Shown here piece by piece: positions 12,542 through 24,960 of a stretch of DNA of 64,000 bases (its first letter is position 1; each line of letters begins with the position of its first letter). Source of the DNA: Oopsacas minuta (lineage: Eukaryota > Animalia > Porifera); assembly GCA_024704765.1 (NCBI GenBank), contig JAKMXF010000343.1, positions 806,001 through 870,000 of the forward strand, in the 5' to 3' direction. The position numbers and the translations under genes are program-made. Below the pieces are notes generated by a model, which had not been told where the DNA came from, did not search any database, and saw nothing but the letters and a program-made list of their open reading frames with translations.

Positions 12542-14705
12542 CACAGGTCAAAAAAAATATTTCTATCTCTTGGCTCAGATTGTTGGAGTGTTTTTAGGGT
12601 ATATCGGGGTTGCTATATCCGAAAGTACTATTAGTTTTGCTGAATTAGCTCTAGTTTTCTAGATATTACACAACCTTAAATTTGAAGGTAATACTACAAA
12701 TATTTTCGGTTTGTATGTTTATATCAACATTTAAAACTATTTGTCCACAACATAGAACCTTTTATGGATTCAAAACGCATTAGACGTTGTTGCCTCAATG
12801 ATCCCGATGTCTTTCGCTATATTTGTGGTGAATATATGGCAAAGGAATATCGTCTTAATATTAGAGATATCAGCAAAATAGCTTATCAAGCTTACTTTGG
12901 TTTAAATTAAGCGATCAGGATAAGTCATGGCGCCCTCACAAAGTGTACAAATATTGCATAGAAACCCTCCGCCTATGGACCCAAGGAAAAGCCAAATCCA
13001 TGAAGTTTGGGGTACCAATGGTTTGGCGAGAGCCCAAGAACCATCATGATGATTGCTACTTCTGCATGGTTAAAATGTCTGGATGGAACCAGCAGAAAAG
13101 AATTCGTGGCATTATACTGACATACATTCTGCAAGACGCCCAATTCCACACTGCAGCGAAATTCAGGTGCCTGTTTTTACATCCTTAGCTGATACTGCGT
13201 TTACTGAGGCAATTGATGAATCGTCGGACAGCATTTACAGCAGCAATAGCTGTAATGAGTTGTTACAAATAAGTAAAGCGGAGCCTTTCACACAGGGGCA
13301 GCTCGACGACTTAGTGAGAGACTTAGGCTTGTCAAAAGATGCTTCAGAGTCCTGGCTTCCCTTCTCAGCGAACACCATGTTCTCCACAGTGAAGCTAGGA
13401 TAACTTATTACCGACGCAGAGGCGAAGAACTTATTCGCTATTTCAGTGAAGAAGGCGGTTTCGTGTTTTGTAATAACATCCCAGGACTTCATTCAGCAAT
13501 TGGACTGTCCCAATACAATCCAAGTGAGTGGCGTTTATTTATCGACAGCTCTAAACGGAGTCTAAAGTGCGTGTTGCTGCATAATGGTAACAAATTTGCC
13601 TGTGTTCCGATGTGACATTCAGTAATCTTGAAAGAGCACTATGCAACTGTAAAGATGGTCCTACAAAAGCTGTGTTATGATGAACACAACTGGATCGCGT
13701 GTGTGGACTTGAAAATGGTCAATATCCTGCTAGGACAGCAAAGTGGTTACACTAAATACCCATGCTTTCTTTGTTTGTGGGACAGCAGGGCGGATGAGGT
13801 GCACTGGGAAAAGAAGAACTGGCCAGTTTGTCAAAAGATTGTCGTTGGGGAAAAGAATATCATTAATGAGCCAATAGTTAGCCGTGACTGTATCATCCTA
13901 CCACCACTACATATCAAGTTGCGACTGATGAAACAATTCGTAAAGGCATTGAACAAAGATGGTACCTGTTTCAATTACCTCTGCTCAGTATATCGTGGTC
14001 TGAGTATCGAAAAACTTAAAGCAGGAATTTTTGATGGGCCACAAATCAGAAACTGATAAAAGATGAAGAATTCGCCTCACACATGACTGGAGTTGAGGCT
14101 GCCGCGTGGTATTCCTTTGTTGATGTTGTAAAGGGATTGTTAGGCAACACCAAAGTGGCTAACTACCATAATCTGGTCAAAGGCATGCTCAAGAACTTCC
14201 ACAGTCTGGGAACCAGAATGAGCATAAAACTCCACTATCTCTATAGTCATTTAGAGAGATTCCCTGAAAATCTTGGTGATTTAGCGAAGAACAGGGCGAG
14301 CGATTCCACCAAGATATCAGGACTATGGAGAAACGGTACCAAGGAAGATGGGATGCTCACATGTTGGCAGATTACTGCTGGAGCCTTATGCGTGATTGCC
14401 CCCAAGAACCTCACAAGAGGAATTCGTATAAGAGAACATTCGTTCATGATTGATAAGTATTCAGATTATGTTATATCTCAAATTATCTGCTTCTTACGTA
14501 CGTTCAATTCTAGTTATAAGGTAATACATACATACTATATGGTATCAGTGAACACAGATTCACGGATGCTGAAAAACATAATTTTACAATATCACGAAAA
14601 GTAGAGCCAATTGACCAGAACTAGTGCCATTTTTGAACTCAGTGACCCCGATATACCCTAGAAATAGTTTCAACTTATCAGCCAAGAAAATGTTGTTGGC
14701 CAGTG
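12542..14705 (+). mobile_element. Chapaev3-like (CMC superfamily) transposon, defective
   Basis: CACAGG...CCAGTG termini with long imperfect TIRs (shared TAGGGTATATCGGGGT) and a 3-bp TTA duplication (12539-41, 14706-08). Protein fragments: FCYICGE, PMVWREPKNHHDDCYFC, FIDSSKRSLK, GQQSGYTKYPCFLC, PPLHIKL, MSIKLHYL. Confidence 0.8.
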
Positions 14706-15678
14706 TTATATGTACCTTGGGCCCAGGCGGACACCAACCATAGGTTCTCTTGGCACGGTTTGCCATCGCATTATTCGTAAAAACATGGCAATTAAATGAT
14801 AATTAATCCACACAAATATCTCTGATACCTTCTATAATACATTTCCGGAGTTTAGACTACAGGAAATCTTTGCAAATATTATCATATCATTTGAATTATT
14901 TCGGACCTGATTCAAGGGCATATCATTAGCACTAATCTAACCTTAAAGCTCCATTTTATAACCCGATTTGCTCAAAATCCCAATAACTTCCTTGAACGTA
15001 AATTTCGATAAAAATATAAATAAACTAGAATCCTTGACAGATAATGATGGTAATTCTAATATTCAGCAAGTTGAAACAAATTACTAGTAAATACTTTGTC
15101 TTCTGGATCAGCAAAAGAAAAGTGATAGTGCTAAAGTGACCGTTATCTCTGTAGTTCAGGTACTATTCCGCCGTCTGGTGAATTTGTATGGGCACCTTAT
15201 GTACTCGGGGCATGGGCGACCACCCAGTCCGCTCCCATTTAATCTTCCACTGTATAGCAGCCTTCAACACACTAGCCAAATCATTTTACAGAAATAAACT
15301 CGGGCCTCTCTTATCCGGACCTTCGAGATACGGACGTCTACATCAGAAGGGGACAATTTTTCCAAAAGGTATGTAGTTAATTTGACAAATTTTCATAAAT
15401 TTTCATTAGAACAGAGGTGGTTTTACTTGTAATTTCATATCTAAAACTTTCTTTGTAACTATAACCGATATAACATCTGGATTCGTCAATTCATTGCCCG
15501 ATATCCTATAATTTAATCTCCCATTGGCAATAGAGTTATTTCTGAGATCCGGAAAAATCCTGATTTTCGGACACCATTTAGTTCGACACTGCTAGGAGTA
15601 TATTAAGCGGCCAGAAAATATCTCGGAGTTTCTTATAGGATAAGAATTACAAAACGCATATAAATAGATTATCCATAC

Positions 15679-15787
15679 TTGTTGGGATTCTATTTTTCTC
15701 TCCTCAAAGAGTCTCTGTCTTTGTAACTCCAACTTTTTAATCTCCAAATCCTTTTCATCCTCAGTACGAATAGTCACTCTGTCTTCC
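15679..15787 (-). CDS. MFAP1: MFAP1 (microfibrillar-associated protein 1 / Spp381-like splicing factor) internal exon
   Basis: AG acceptor at 15789-88 and GTATGG donor. Encodes (K)EDRVTIRTEDEKDLEIKKLELQRQRLFEERKIESQQ, collinear with vertebrate MFAP1 KDRVTVQEREAEALKQKELEQEAKRMAEERRKYTLK as I recall it. Phase matches the exon at 24809-24730. Confidence 0.8.
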
Positions 15788-17049
15788 CTAATTACAAATT
15801 CATTGTTAACTCATAATTCATAATTCAAATTAAACGAGCGGTTCATAACGTGGGGTGGGTGAAGTTGTATAGCTCACTCACTCTCCTCGACATCCCTGCT
15901 GCCATTGGAACCAATATCAACGTCTAAGAATCAGTCATCAGCATTTACTAGAGCCAATAATATGATGCTAGACATGTTCTTGTAGTTGAAGTAATAACAT
16001 AACAGTGATACAACATATGGATACAACAATGAAATCAAGTATATATTCTAAGTCCCAAGGACACTGTCCTAACCGTGATCCTGACACTTATTAAATTTCA
16101 GTAGAGTTAGAACGCTAATCTAGTAGGCATTTCTCATTAGTTATTACTCTTCTCTTGTTAAGTCAATTACGATAGGTTTGCTTGGTAAATTTGTATACTA
16201 TTTCCCTTTACATGATTTTCTTTTAGTACTTCGCCTATAGCACAAAATGTTTCAGGAATGATTTGTCCAATAGTCTGTGCTGGGACTCGGGATAAAAACT
16301 TAATACCCACATAAGTTTCGCATAAAGCCAATTAATTTCTAATTTGAACAGTAGTGTATAAAAGTAGTTTACTTGGAATTAGAAGATACTAGGGGTAGAA
16401 ACTAAAGCATTATTTCAAACTGAATATACTTCTATAACTTGATCTATCGATTAAAGAAATTTTTTCATCAATTGATGAAATGCAGTTTATGACTCGATTC
16501 TTCATCCAATCCTCAACAAGGTGATTCTTAGCATAAGTTGGAGGATTAAATGTGATCTCGGACGAAGTAGAATACTCAAGAATGTGCAAATAAGAATACG
16601 TGTTTTGAACATTTAATATATTTCCCAATTAGCATTACATACCTAATAACACCGAAAACTAGTACGCTTATAGAACACGAAAAGGATATTACCATGCAAC
16701 ATTGTTGTTTACAACTAATTCGTATACAGCAAAGTTCCGTGCATGCTACCTTATTGAAAACAACAAAGTTGCATCATTTTCTTCCTAGTAAAGTAAGAAT
16801 GTTCCAGGAATGTAAAAACTTTCCAGTTTAAAAATTGTCCTAACCCTATAGAGTGACCCCTTGTACGATGCCGCTATGCTAGCTGAGTCTATTTATAACC
16901 ATATCGACCCTCTAAGGTATAATTTAAAAATATTTTACCATATAGTCCACTAAGGACTCCAAACATTATTATATACAGTCAGGGGACAAAAGTATTCGAA
17001 CACACAAATATATTGTCATAAATTGTATACTCTTTCCCGCTCCTTTATA

Positions 17050-18387
17050 CAGGGTGTAACAAAAATATTGTTGTTTTATATCATGAATCAAACGTAAGCA
17101 AAATACTACAATTATTACATTATTATTTCCCAATATAGTCTCCTTGTCTTTCTAATACGAGTGCTACTCGCCTGGGCATACTGGAGACCATATTTGCAAA
17201 ACATCTCCTGAAATACCACTCCATGCCTTTTCCAAATTTTTGACGAGGTTATTCATGGTGCTTGCTTGCTCAAACTCTTCCACTTTGTCTTTCAGTATTG
17301 ACCATAAGTTATCAATGTGATTGAGGTCAGGTGAGTTCCAAGCGATTCCGCTTTCTGCCAAAACGCTGGAAGATTCTGTTTGCACCATTCTTGCGTTAGT
17401 TTGGCCGTATGAGCGGGAGCCCCGTCTTGCATAAAAATTATCTCGGACATCTTTGAAGTCGTGGCCCGCTGTAAAACCGATCCATTTTTTGCTCTTCTAT
17501 CGATTGCATCTTTGCAAGATCCAGCCAAAATCTTCGTACGATAGTACTCTCCATTAATAGTTTGCCTCTGAGGTATAACATGCAACTTAGATAGGGCTTG
17601 GTGAGGCATCATGCCCCAAACTTGAATTTTCGCAGGAAATTTTATCTTTGTGCAGGGTTCGATTGAACCAGAATCCTTGCTCCAACCGCGGTCATTCTGT
17701 ATGTTTGTGGTAGGAAACAATTCGAATGGAGATTCATCCGACCACAGAACTATATTCCAATCCTCTACAGTCCAACCTTGTGTTTCTGCGGAAATTCGAT
17801 CTGGTTTTTCTTCATTTTCAAGGTCAATCGCGGCCTTTTCGGCCTTTTAAATGGCGCAGTATCTAGAGACTTTCTCAAATACGATGTACAAAGGTGTGAG
17901 AGATATCACAACCCCTTCTCGTTAATCTCAGAGCTAGCTTTCGTGTAGATTGCCTTCTCTTCCCCAAAGACTTTGCTATGACATTTTCGCAACTCTATCA
18001 ATTTTCGGCGGACGTCCAGAATTAGGCTTTGATTCTATTGGAAATCCCAATTTATCGTTACGCCCCTATCTCTGAACTGATCAAATGTTGACATTCAACA
18101 CTTGAGCAACCTTTTTAGGCATTTCTCCTGCTTTAAGCATCCCCAATGCCTGAGATCCTAAAGATAATCCGTAATCCTGGACATTCATATCACAACAATT
18201 AGGTAAAAATTTCCAAAATGACGAAAAGAATTCCAAAATATATTAATGTAAGATTTGACTTCACTCGAGTTTAACTAAGCAATATAAAACATATTTACTG
18301 AGAGAAATCAATAGCGAGGATTGCATACGAATGTGGAATTTGAATTCATGTATATTAAAATGACGACAATACTTTTGTTACACCCTG
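17050..18387 (-). mobile_element. Tc1/mariner DD37E-family element, degenerate
   Basis: TA duplication and 26-bp TIRs CAGGGTGTAACAAAA. ATG at 18188 (MNVQDYGLSLGSQALGMLKAG). Fragments VWSDESPF, FMQDGAPAHTAK and NSPDLN are collinear with the 356-aa ORF at 19001. Confidence 0.9.
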
Positions 18388-18799
18388 TATTGTGTAGTCT
18401 AGATTCGTACTGCTATCTAGTAATTTGTATAGAATAACATATGTTTTTCACGAATTTCAAAAAAATATTTTCGATTTACACTTTTTGAAGGTGTTAATTA
18501 TTATTAATTATTGGATAATTATTGATAATCAAAATATGTGGTAATTCAAAGCCTATTCAGAATCTATAATTTGACTTGATATTTGAATTCTACGTAGGCG
18601 AGTTACCCCAGATGGAAATTTCCAATCGGATTGAACAATTTTTACCAGAGTTATAGATGAACTTCAATTTGTGCCATTTGTGCCACCTTTTGCCCAAGGT
18701 GGTACAAGTGGCCGCTACCAAGAGGTTATTTTGTAATTCAAGGGTTAGCATAGTCATATCATTTGAATATATTACTTCGACTTATTCCTCCTAACCCTA

Positions 18800-20145
18800 C
18801 AGGGTGTTTCAAAAGTCTTGGTACCTATTCTAATGAAACCATCTATCTAGTTCATCAATGTAAATACTGTTAGATCTGAGTACTATCTTATTATAATGTC
18901 AGTTCAAGTATTCTAACGCATTATTCACCCTAATACCTTATATATTGTCGATAATCACAATTTTTTTTCGTTTTTTTTGTAATTCGTAAACACTAGAATA
19001 ATGAATGTCGGAGATCATGGAATTGCAGTCCGTTCTAAAGCAATAGGGATGCTGGAAGCTGGTGTATCACAGAAAGATGTTGCTCTGAGGTTAGGTGCTG
19101 GATTACGTTCCATTAAAAGATGGTGGGCAGCAGCTAAATGTGGTCATTCATTGGAGACAAAGGCAAGGTTTGGCCGTCCGAAAACTCTAAATCGGGCCGC
19201 TAAGATAGTAATAGCGAAATCTTTGGAGAAACGAAGACATTCAACCCGAAATATAGCCAAGAGCTTAGCCGAAAAGGGCTATTCTGCTTCTTTTTCGACT
19301 GTCTATCGACATCTGACAAAAAGTCTTGGTGCTAGAGCATTCAAACGGCCCCAAATCCCGCGAATTACTGAAAGGATCAAGGGAAATTGGCTTTTGTTCG
19401 CCCACAAGCATAAGAATTGGACTACTGAAGATTGGAGAAAGGTTCTTTGGTCGGACGAATCGCCCTTCGAACTATTTTCAACACCAAATCGACAGAACGA
19501 TAGAGTGTGGAGCAAAAATGGCAAAGATATCAGCCCAGTTTTCAAGGTGAAATTTCCTGCTAAAGTCATGGTATGGGGCATGATGTCATACCGTGCCTTG
19601 TCAGAAATGCACATAATTCCTCAAAAGCAATCTGTAGACGCAGCATATTACCGTGATAATATACTAGGAGTTACTTGTCTTGATGCCATTAGCCGTTCTT
19701 CTAAAACAGGTAGCATTGTGGAAAGATCAATGTTGTTAAACATGTCGGATTTTTTATTCATGCAGGACGGTGCTCCAGCACACACGGCTAAAGCTACGCA
19801 AGAATGGTGCACAAACAATTTCCCCCGCTTTTGGAAGAAAGGCGAGTGGCCAGCCAACTCTCCTGACCTAAATCCTATCGAGAATTTATGGTCTATATTA
19901 GCTGATAGAGTGGATAAGTTAGGTCAAGTTAACACAATTGATAACCTAATTCAGAACCTCAAATTGGCCTGGATCAGTATTGATGTGGATATTTTAAATA
20001 ATTTAGTTAGTGGCATGTCTGATAGGATTAGAAAAGTAATAGAATTGCATGGTGATTATATTGGCCAATAAAATCGATAGTGTGTGTATGATATGTAGTA
20101 TATAATTTACGTTACTCGAGGTGCCAAGACTTTTGAAACACCCTG
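18800..20145 (+). mobile_element. Tc1/mariner DD37E element, apparently intact
   Basis: TA duplication and 27-bp TIRs CAGGGTGTTTCAAAAGTCTTGG(T/C)ACCT (26/27 identical). It contains a single uninterrupted ORF. Confidence 0.95.
19001..20071 (+). CDS. DD37E transposase, 356 aa
   Basis: N-terminal HTH region. Catalytic motifs WSDES, MQDGAPAH and SPDLNPIEN, with 37 residues between D2 and E. Confidence 0.93.
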   Translation: MNVGDHGIAVRSKAIGMLEAGVSQKDVALRLGAGLRSIKRWWAAAKCGHSLETKARFGRPKTLNRAAKIVIAKSLEKRRHSTRNIAKSLAEKGYSASFSTVYRHLTKSLGARAFKRPQIPRITERIKGNWLLFAHKHKNWTTEDWRKVLWSDESPFELFSTPNRQNDRVWSKNGKDISPVFKVKFPAKVMVWGMMSYRALSEMHIIPQKQSVDAAYYRDNILGVTCLDAISRSSKTGSIVERSMLLNMSDFLFMQDGAPAHTAKATQEWCTNNFPRFWKKGEWPANSPDLNPIENLWSILADRVDKLGQVNTIDNLIQNLKLAWISIDVDILNNLVSGMSDRIRKVIELHGDYIGQ

Positions 20146-20741
20146 TAGTTGATTTCCTTGTTGTGGCGCTTTTTCCTGCCACTTGTGTCACTTTTTTCAA
20201 GAAGAGGCACAAGTGGCACAAATTGAAAGTCTTTTATAGCTTTGGTAAAATTGTTCAATCACATTGAAAATTTTAATCTAGGGTAACTCGCACATGTAGA
20301 ATTCAAATATCAAGTCATAAATTATTGATTCTTAATAGGTTTTGAACTACCACATATTTTGATTATTAATAATTATCTAATCGTTATTAATAATGAACAC
20401 CTTCAAAAAGTGTAAATCGAAATTATTTTTTGAAATTCTTGACAAACATATATTATTCTATGCAAATTACTAGATAGCAGCTACGAATATAGACTACACA
20501 ATATATAGGAGCGGGAAAGAGATACAATTTATGACATTATATTGGTGTGTTCGAATACGTTTGTCCCCTGACTGTATATATTTGAGTATTTCTTACATAA
20601 ACATAATTTCATAGACTGTATTTGTGAGAAATTTATGTATGTATAAAGTATTCTTAAGATGTAAAAAGAGGCATAAGAACAATTAATTGGTTGTCAAAAA
20701 ATATTCACTTTGAAAGTCTAGTAACTACGCCAAATATAATA

Positions 20742-21297
20742 CTAGCGGGCATCACTTGCTGGGTCGCTGAGCTACAGCTTAGTGACTCAGGTTAAGTAAG
20801 TACTAAGCAGCTAAATTTCTTAGTGTGTTTGGTCGCTACGCAACGGGTTTTACCCTGCACTTCGTGCCTTGAGAATATAATGTAACAAAAATTTAAGATT
20901 TTGTTATCCATGTTCCATTAAAATTACATTTACTGGCCCTCTATGGTGACACTCGAGATGCCATGTCGCTTTTGGTTAGATATATAATCATTTCAAGATG
21001 AATTTACATTAGCAAAATATGACTTGGGACATTTAGCACATGAAGGAGACCTGTGATTCATATTTCTTAGTTCTATCAAATTAATATGCTGAGAAATGGT
21101 TGATATAATGTGAATTAGCGAAAATCAAAAAAGGTGACAATAGTGTAAATTTCGTCATAGGTGTGAATTTCCTCCAAGACTCGAAATTGCCCGAGCCAGG
21201 CCCAGAATACAACTCTTCTAGTTTCTTCCACCAATTCCGAACATACATACAATCATATACACACACATATCTGATTCATTGCTTATAATAATATAGA
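20742..21297 (-). mobile_element. Probable non-autonomous Helitron-like element
   Basis: On the minus strand it begins A|TCTATATTATTATAAG and ends GCCCGCTAG|T, with an internal (TG/TATG)n tract. Part is homologous to 40546-40720. Confidence 0.4.
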
Positions 21298-21934
21298 TAA
21301 CTGAATTGTATATCCTGCTGATTGCGTATAATCCAGATTCTAGAACTGAAACTCTATATTTTGTGGCAAGGTACACGGGCAATTTGTTTGGCGCTATATA
21401 TGATTTCCCATTGAATATTTGGATAATCCCTATCCACTTGATATATAATTTTGGAATTATATATAAGGAATAGTTACTAGAGAACTAGACGTCTTCTGAT
21501 GAACTCAACATCTTAAACATAGATTAAACACTTAAAATACCATTTTTACAAATATTTACTATGAAATCATGTTACCGGAAGAAATATATAAATATAGAGA
21601 AAATTAGTAGGTTGTAAATTACGATCTACGAAAATTATGATAAAATACAGTATATTGATGTTAGATAAGGTTTATATAGACTCAGCCGAAGACTTCTAAA
21701 GATAAGGCCTGATAACAACTTTTGACAAGGGATAAAAGGAAGTGAGTATACTTGATGTGTGCAATTCAGAAAAACAATAATTGGGAAACTTTTGATGAAT
21801 TTAGATCATAATGATGTCATCTGTCACAGTAGTCAGTCATTATCAATAAAAAATGCACTATCTCTAAAACCATGTAGAATGTGAATACCCAATGATCTCA
21901 AACCTTTTCTGAACAAAATAGAAAACATTGTTAG

Positions 21935-22258
21935 AATAAAGTAAGTACGTTTCTGAGTTATCGCACAGCCCATGAATTGTACGTGCTTTGTCTAATCACC
22001 ATAGTCAATAATTGGTACATACCTCTTGTATTCCATTTTAATATGATATGTCTCATCAATGTAACGTAATCAAGACTATACAAGATTGTGTATAATCTTC
22101 AGAGATATCCTATCAAAATGTAATACAAGATGTGTGTATACAAAAAAATGGCTATCCTGTTTGTTCATAATTCAATGAGTGAAGGGCTATAAATGGATGC
22201 TCATAAAACAAGTGCAATTCATGGGTTATGCTATACTCAGAAACGTGCGTACTTTATT
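21935..22258. mobile_element. MITE with about 55-bp imperfect TIRs, superfamily unclear
   Basis: AATAAAGTAAGTACGTTTCTGAGT..CCCATGAATTG is inverted at 22210-22258. Confidence 0.5.
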
Positions 22259-23074
22259 ATTACAAAATTCAAAATATGCATAGAAAGGATTTAGATCATT
22301 TGGCATCAATATTTGACAACAGAGAAATAATAAACGTTCTACATAGTTCCAAAGATGGAGGATTTAGACACATTTGCAAATTACGCTAACAAATGAAGTC
22401 ACAGCTATCCGAAATATTCACAAATTTGGTTTTGTGAATAGTTGCATTTCAATAATACATTTATTCGGGTGAAAAATGTAACAGTTTCGAATTTTCGCGA
22501 ATTATAGAACTACCATTAAATAAATCCACTTCATTTCATCACTGGTCCAGTGGAAATTGACTCAGTGAGTAGGCGTTATCTTCAGTAGGCTATGAGCGGC
22601 AAGAATAGAGCCGTCGAACTGAGGGATCACTCTATTGGGTTACGACAAATTTTGAGAATGTAATGTGTTACATTCCTGGGACAATGCTATGTTAATAGGG
22701 AAACAAATCTAGAACATATTAGAGTGAACACTCAACCGAAGCGAAAATTGACTCTGATGATATATATCGACTTAAAAATCGGGAACCTAATAGGAGTTAC
22801 TTGTATGAATCGGTAAGATAATCTAAAAGTGGCAAATTCAAAATGGCTGACACAAGTGTCAGAGAGCTTTTTTAAGATGACTCTACATCTAAAGTAATTA
22901 CTAATGGTCTGTATGTAGATGTTATGTGCAAAGGTGCATGTTGTATCAGTAAATGCACATTTATATATTTAACAGCCCTACCAAGTGTAAATACCATTAT
23001 ATTGAGAGTAAGATGCGAACCATGTAAGTTAAGCGAGAGTAATTTCCAGTATATTAGTAAATATTTCAAAACTA

Positions 23075-23420
23075 CAGTAGGAGCCGCTTAATTGGGACTC
23101 GGATAATCGGGATATCCCCTGTAAGGGACAATGTTTGGGAAAAGATGTTTTTCATACAAAAATCGACGGATAACTGGGACATAGAATCGGATAATGGGGA
23201 TTTCTTATCACAATAAACCAAATGAAATTGTATTCGCTTAATTGGGATTACTATCCCAATTAAACCATTTGTATATTTATTGAGAATAATTGTACAACGG
23301 ATGTTCATATCTAGGAATTTAAATATTATCCAACCATAACAATACAACACTGATTCGATTACAATTTACAAAACAAAAATATTAATTGTGCTCACTCGCC
23401 TCAGGTACCATTGGCTATCC
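23075..23420. mobile_element. pogo/Tigger-like non-autonomous fragment
   Basis: Left end TA|CAGTAGGAGCCGCTTAATTGGGAC. Shares TATTCGCTTAATTGGGATT and ACCATAACAATACAACAC with 7512-8161. Confidence 0.5.
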
Positions 23421-24729
23421 CATCATCTATAAATGGATTCTAGTCTCTTCAATCTCTTTATAACAAGTCCTTCTCGGAAGATATTAGTTTCCATGACATT
23501 AAGTGTAATTGGGGGTAATGAAACTGGGTTTTGGAGAAACAAATGTCCTACTTATGACAACAATAGGATGGAATATCTTAGAGAAGATTATTTTTCAGCA
23601 ACCAACTGTATCCTAGCTAACAAAGTGAAGAACATGAATTCGTTGAAAGGACATTAACTAAAAGCTCGCACAACACTTGTAAAACACCAAATTCAAATCA
23701 AATAATTATAATTTTGCTGTTGGCATCTCTTTGTTGCCCTAGCATTTCTTATTCATACAATTTTTGTTGTAGTGTAAAATATGATCACCTTCTATCTACC
23801 ATTCGGTAAGAATATTGTCAAATACAATGGTATTAATTTCAACATATCATATTCAATATATGCACTTTAAGTTATCCATGGTGCAAATGAACAGTCAGGC
23901 CTTATATTACGTAGGTCACGGTGTAATCCAAATGTCAACTAAGTTCCAAACTTGTATATATTACATAGAATATATTTATCATTTATGGGTTAATAAAAAA
24001 CGTAAATTATTTGCACTTATGGGTTAATAGCATGATAAAAATTATAAGTTAAAACAAGCCGATGCCTTTGTAAATTCGCTAAACACCAATTATTTTATAA
24101 TGCTGTATTATACCCTTCAATGATGATTAATCCCATAATTAGATACATTTAGTTCGGGAGCATGGTGCATACTTGGTCTTGATTGCATAATCAGTTGTGA
24201 GGACGTATGTTAGTAGGCTATGAACACAGAAATTCATATAACTCATTGCAGTTCAATACTGGGTGACAATATTAGCTTATGTTCAGAACAGAAAAACTAA
24301 AAAGGATCGAGAACCAAATAAATCAATAACTAAGATGGGTCCGATATGCGAGAGTGGTAGTAAACTAGTAATTAATGATGCCTGCAAATTTTTAAGTAAT
24401 TGGTGTGAATAATAAATATTGTCTCATTAATCATAGTAATTGTTTGCACTTAAGTTCGAACTTAGTGATTAACTTCTAAGCAAATACTGCGGTTGATATC
24501 CAGTAAATGATAATAATTTTCATGATGCATCACCGTAGCACGTGACCATAGAAACACCCAAATTAACTAGCTAGGTTTGGCCAGTGGCGCATATTGAGAA
24601 CCCCTGACTTAGACTAACAGCTGTTTCCTTGGCTAATGAAATGCAAATTTAGGTAAATTTCGACATGCTGTTCGCTGTGCTAGTTCGGGTACATCCAACC
24701 TATAGAGAATACACCCAGAGATAACTCAC

Positions 24730-24809
24730 TTCTTGACAAAAAATGGTTTTAGTCTTAGAGGTCCTTCTTCATCATCAGAGTCTGAATATTCTTCATATTC
24801 TGAAGATAA
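24730..24809 (-). CDS. MFAP1: MFAP1 internal exon
   Basis: TTTAG acceptor and GTGAGT donor. Encodes LSSEYEEYSDSDDEEGPLRLKPFFVK(K), compared with vertebrate SEYEEYTDSEDEMEPRLKPVFIRK as I recall it. Confidence 0.9.
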
Positions 24810-24960
24810 CTAAACAAATGAAAGATAAATAAAATATAATATATATCACTCGAAGCGCTTTACAATTAGGTTGCAATATGATTACAATAGTGGCTTATAG
24901 TGAATTATCAAATAAACATAATTCTCGAGCACTTAAAACATTTGGACAAAGTAAAACCAC

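Larger units (their letters stand above)
16976..20574. mobile_element. Non-autonomous Tc1-like fold-back element (about 910 bp when empty, about 400-bp TIRs) carrying two nested insertions
   Basis: TA|CAGTCAGGGGACAA...TTGTCCCCTGACTG|TA. Segments 16976-17049 plus 18388-~18710 are the reverse complement of ~20150-20574. Confidence 0.85.

Noticed and set aside
15170-15520. Possible short-intron exon cluster on the plus strand (..INSGLSYPDLRDTDVYIRRGQFFQK|NRGGFTC..)
   Set aside because: It can be spliced in frame only by choosing among several sites, and I see no recognisable homology.
15878-15930. Alternative upstream exon for the MFAP1 exon at 15787 (DVDIGSNGSRDVEESE)
   Set aside because: It is phase-compatible but has no MFAP1 similarity, whereas the exon at 24809-24730 gives the conserved LKP.F..K-DRVT junction.
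17300-17330. Third catalytic residue reads D (NHIDN) in the DD37E copy, and E (NPMEF) in the maT copy near 41245
   Set aside because: Both copies are riddled with other lesions. Single-base decay is more likely than genuine DD37D/DD37E switching.
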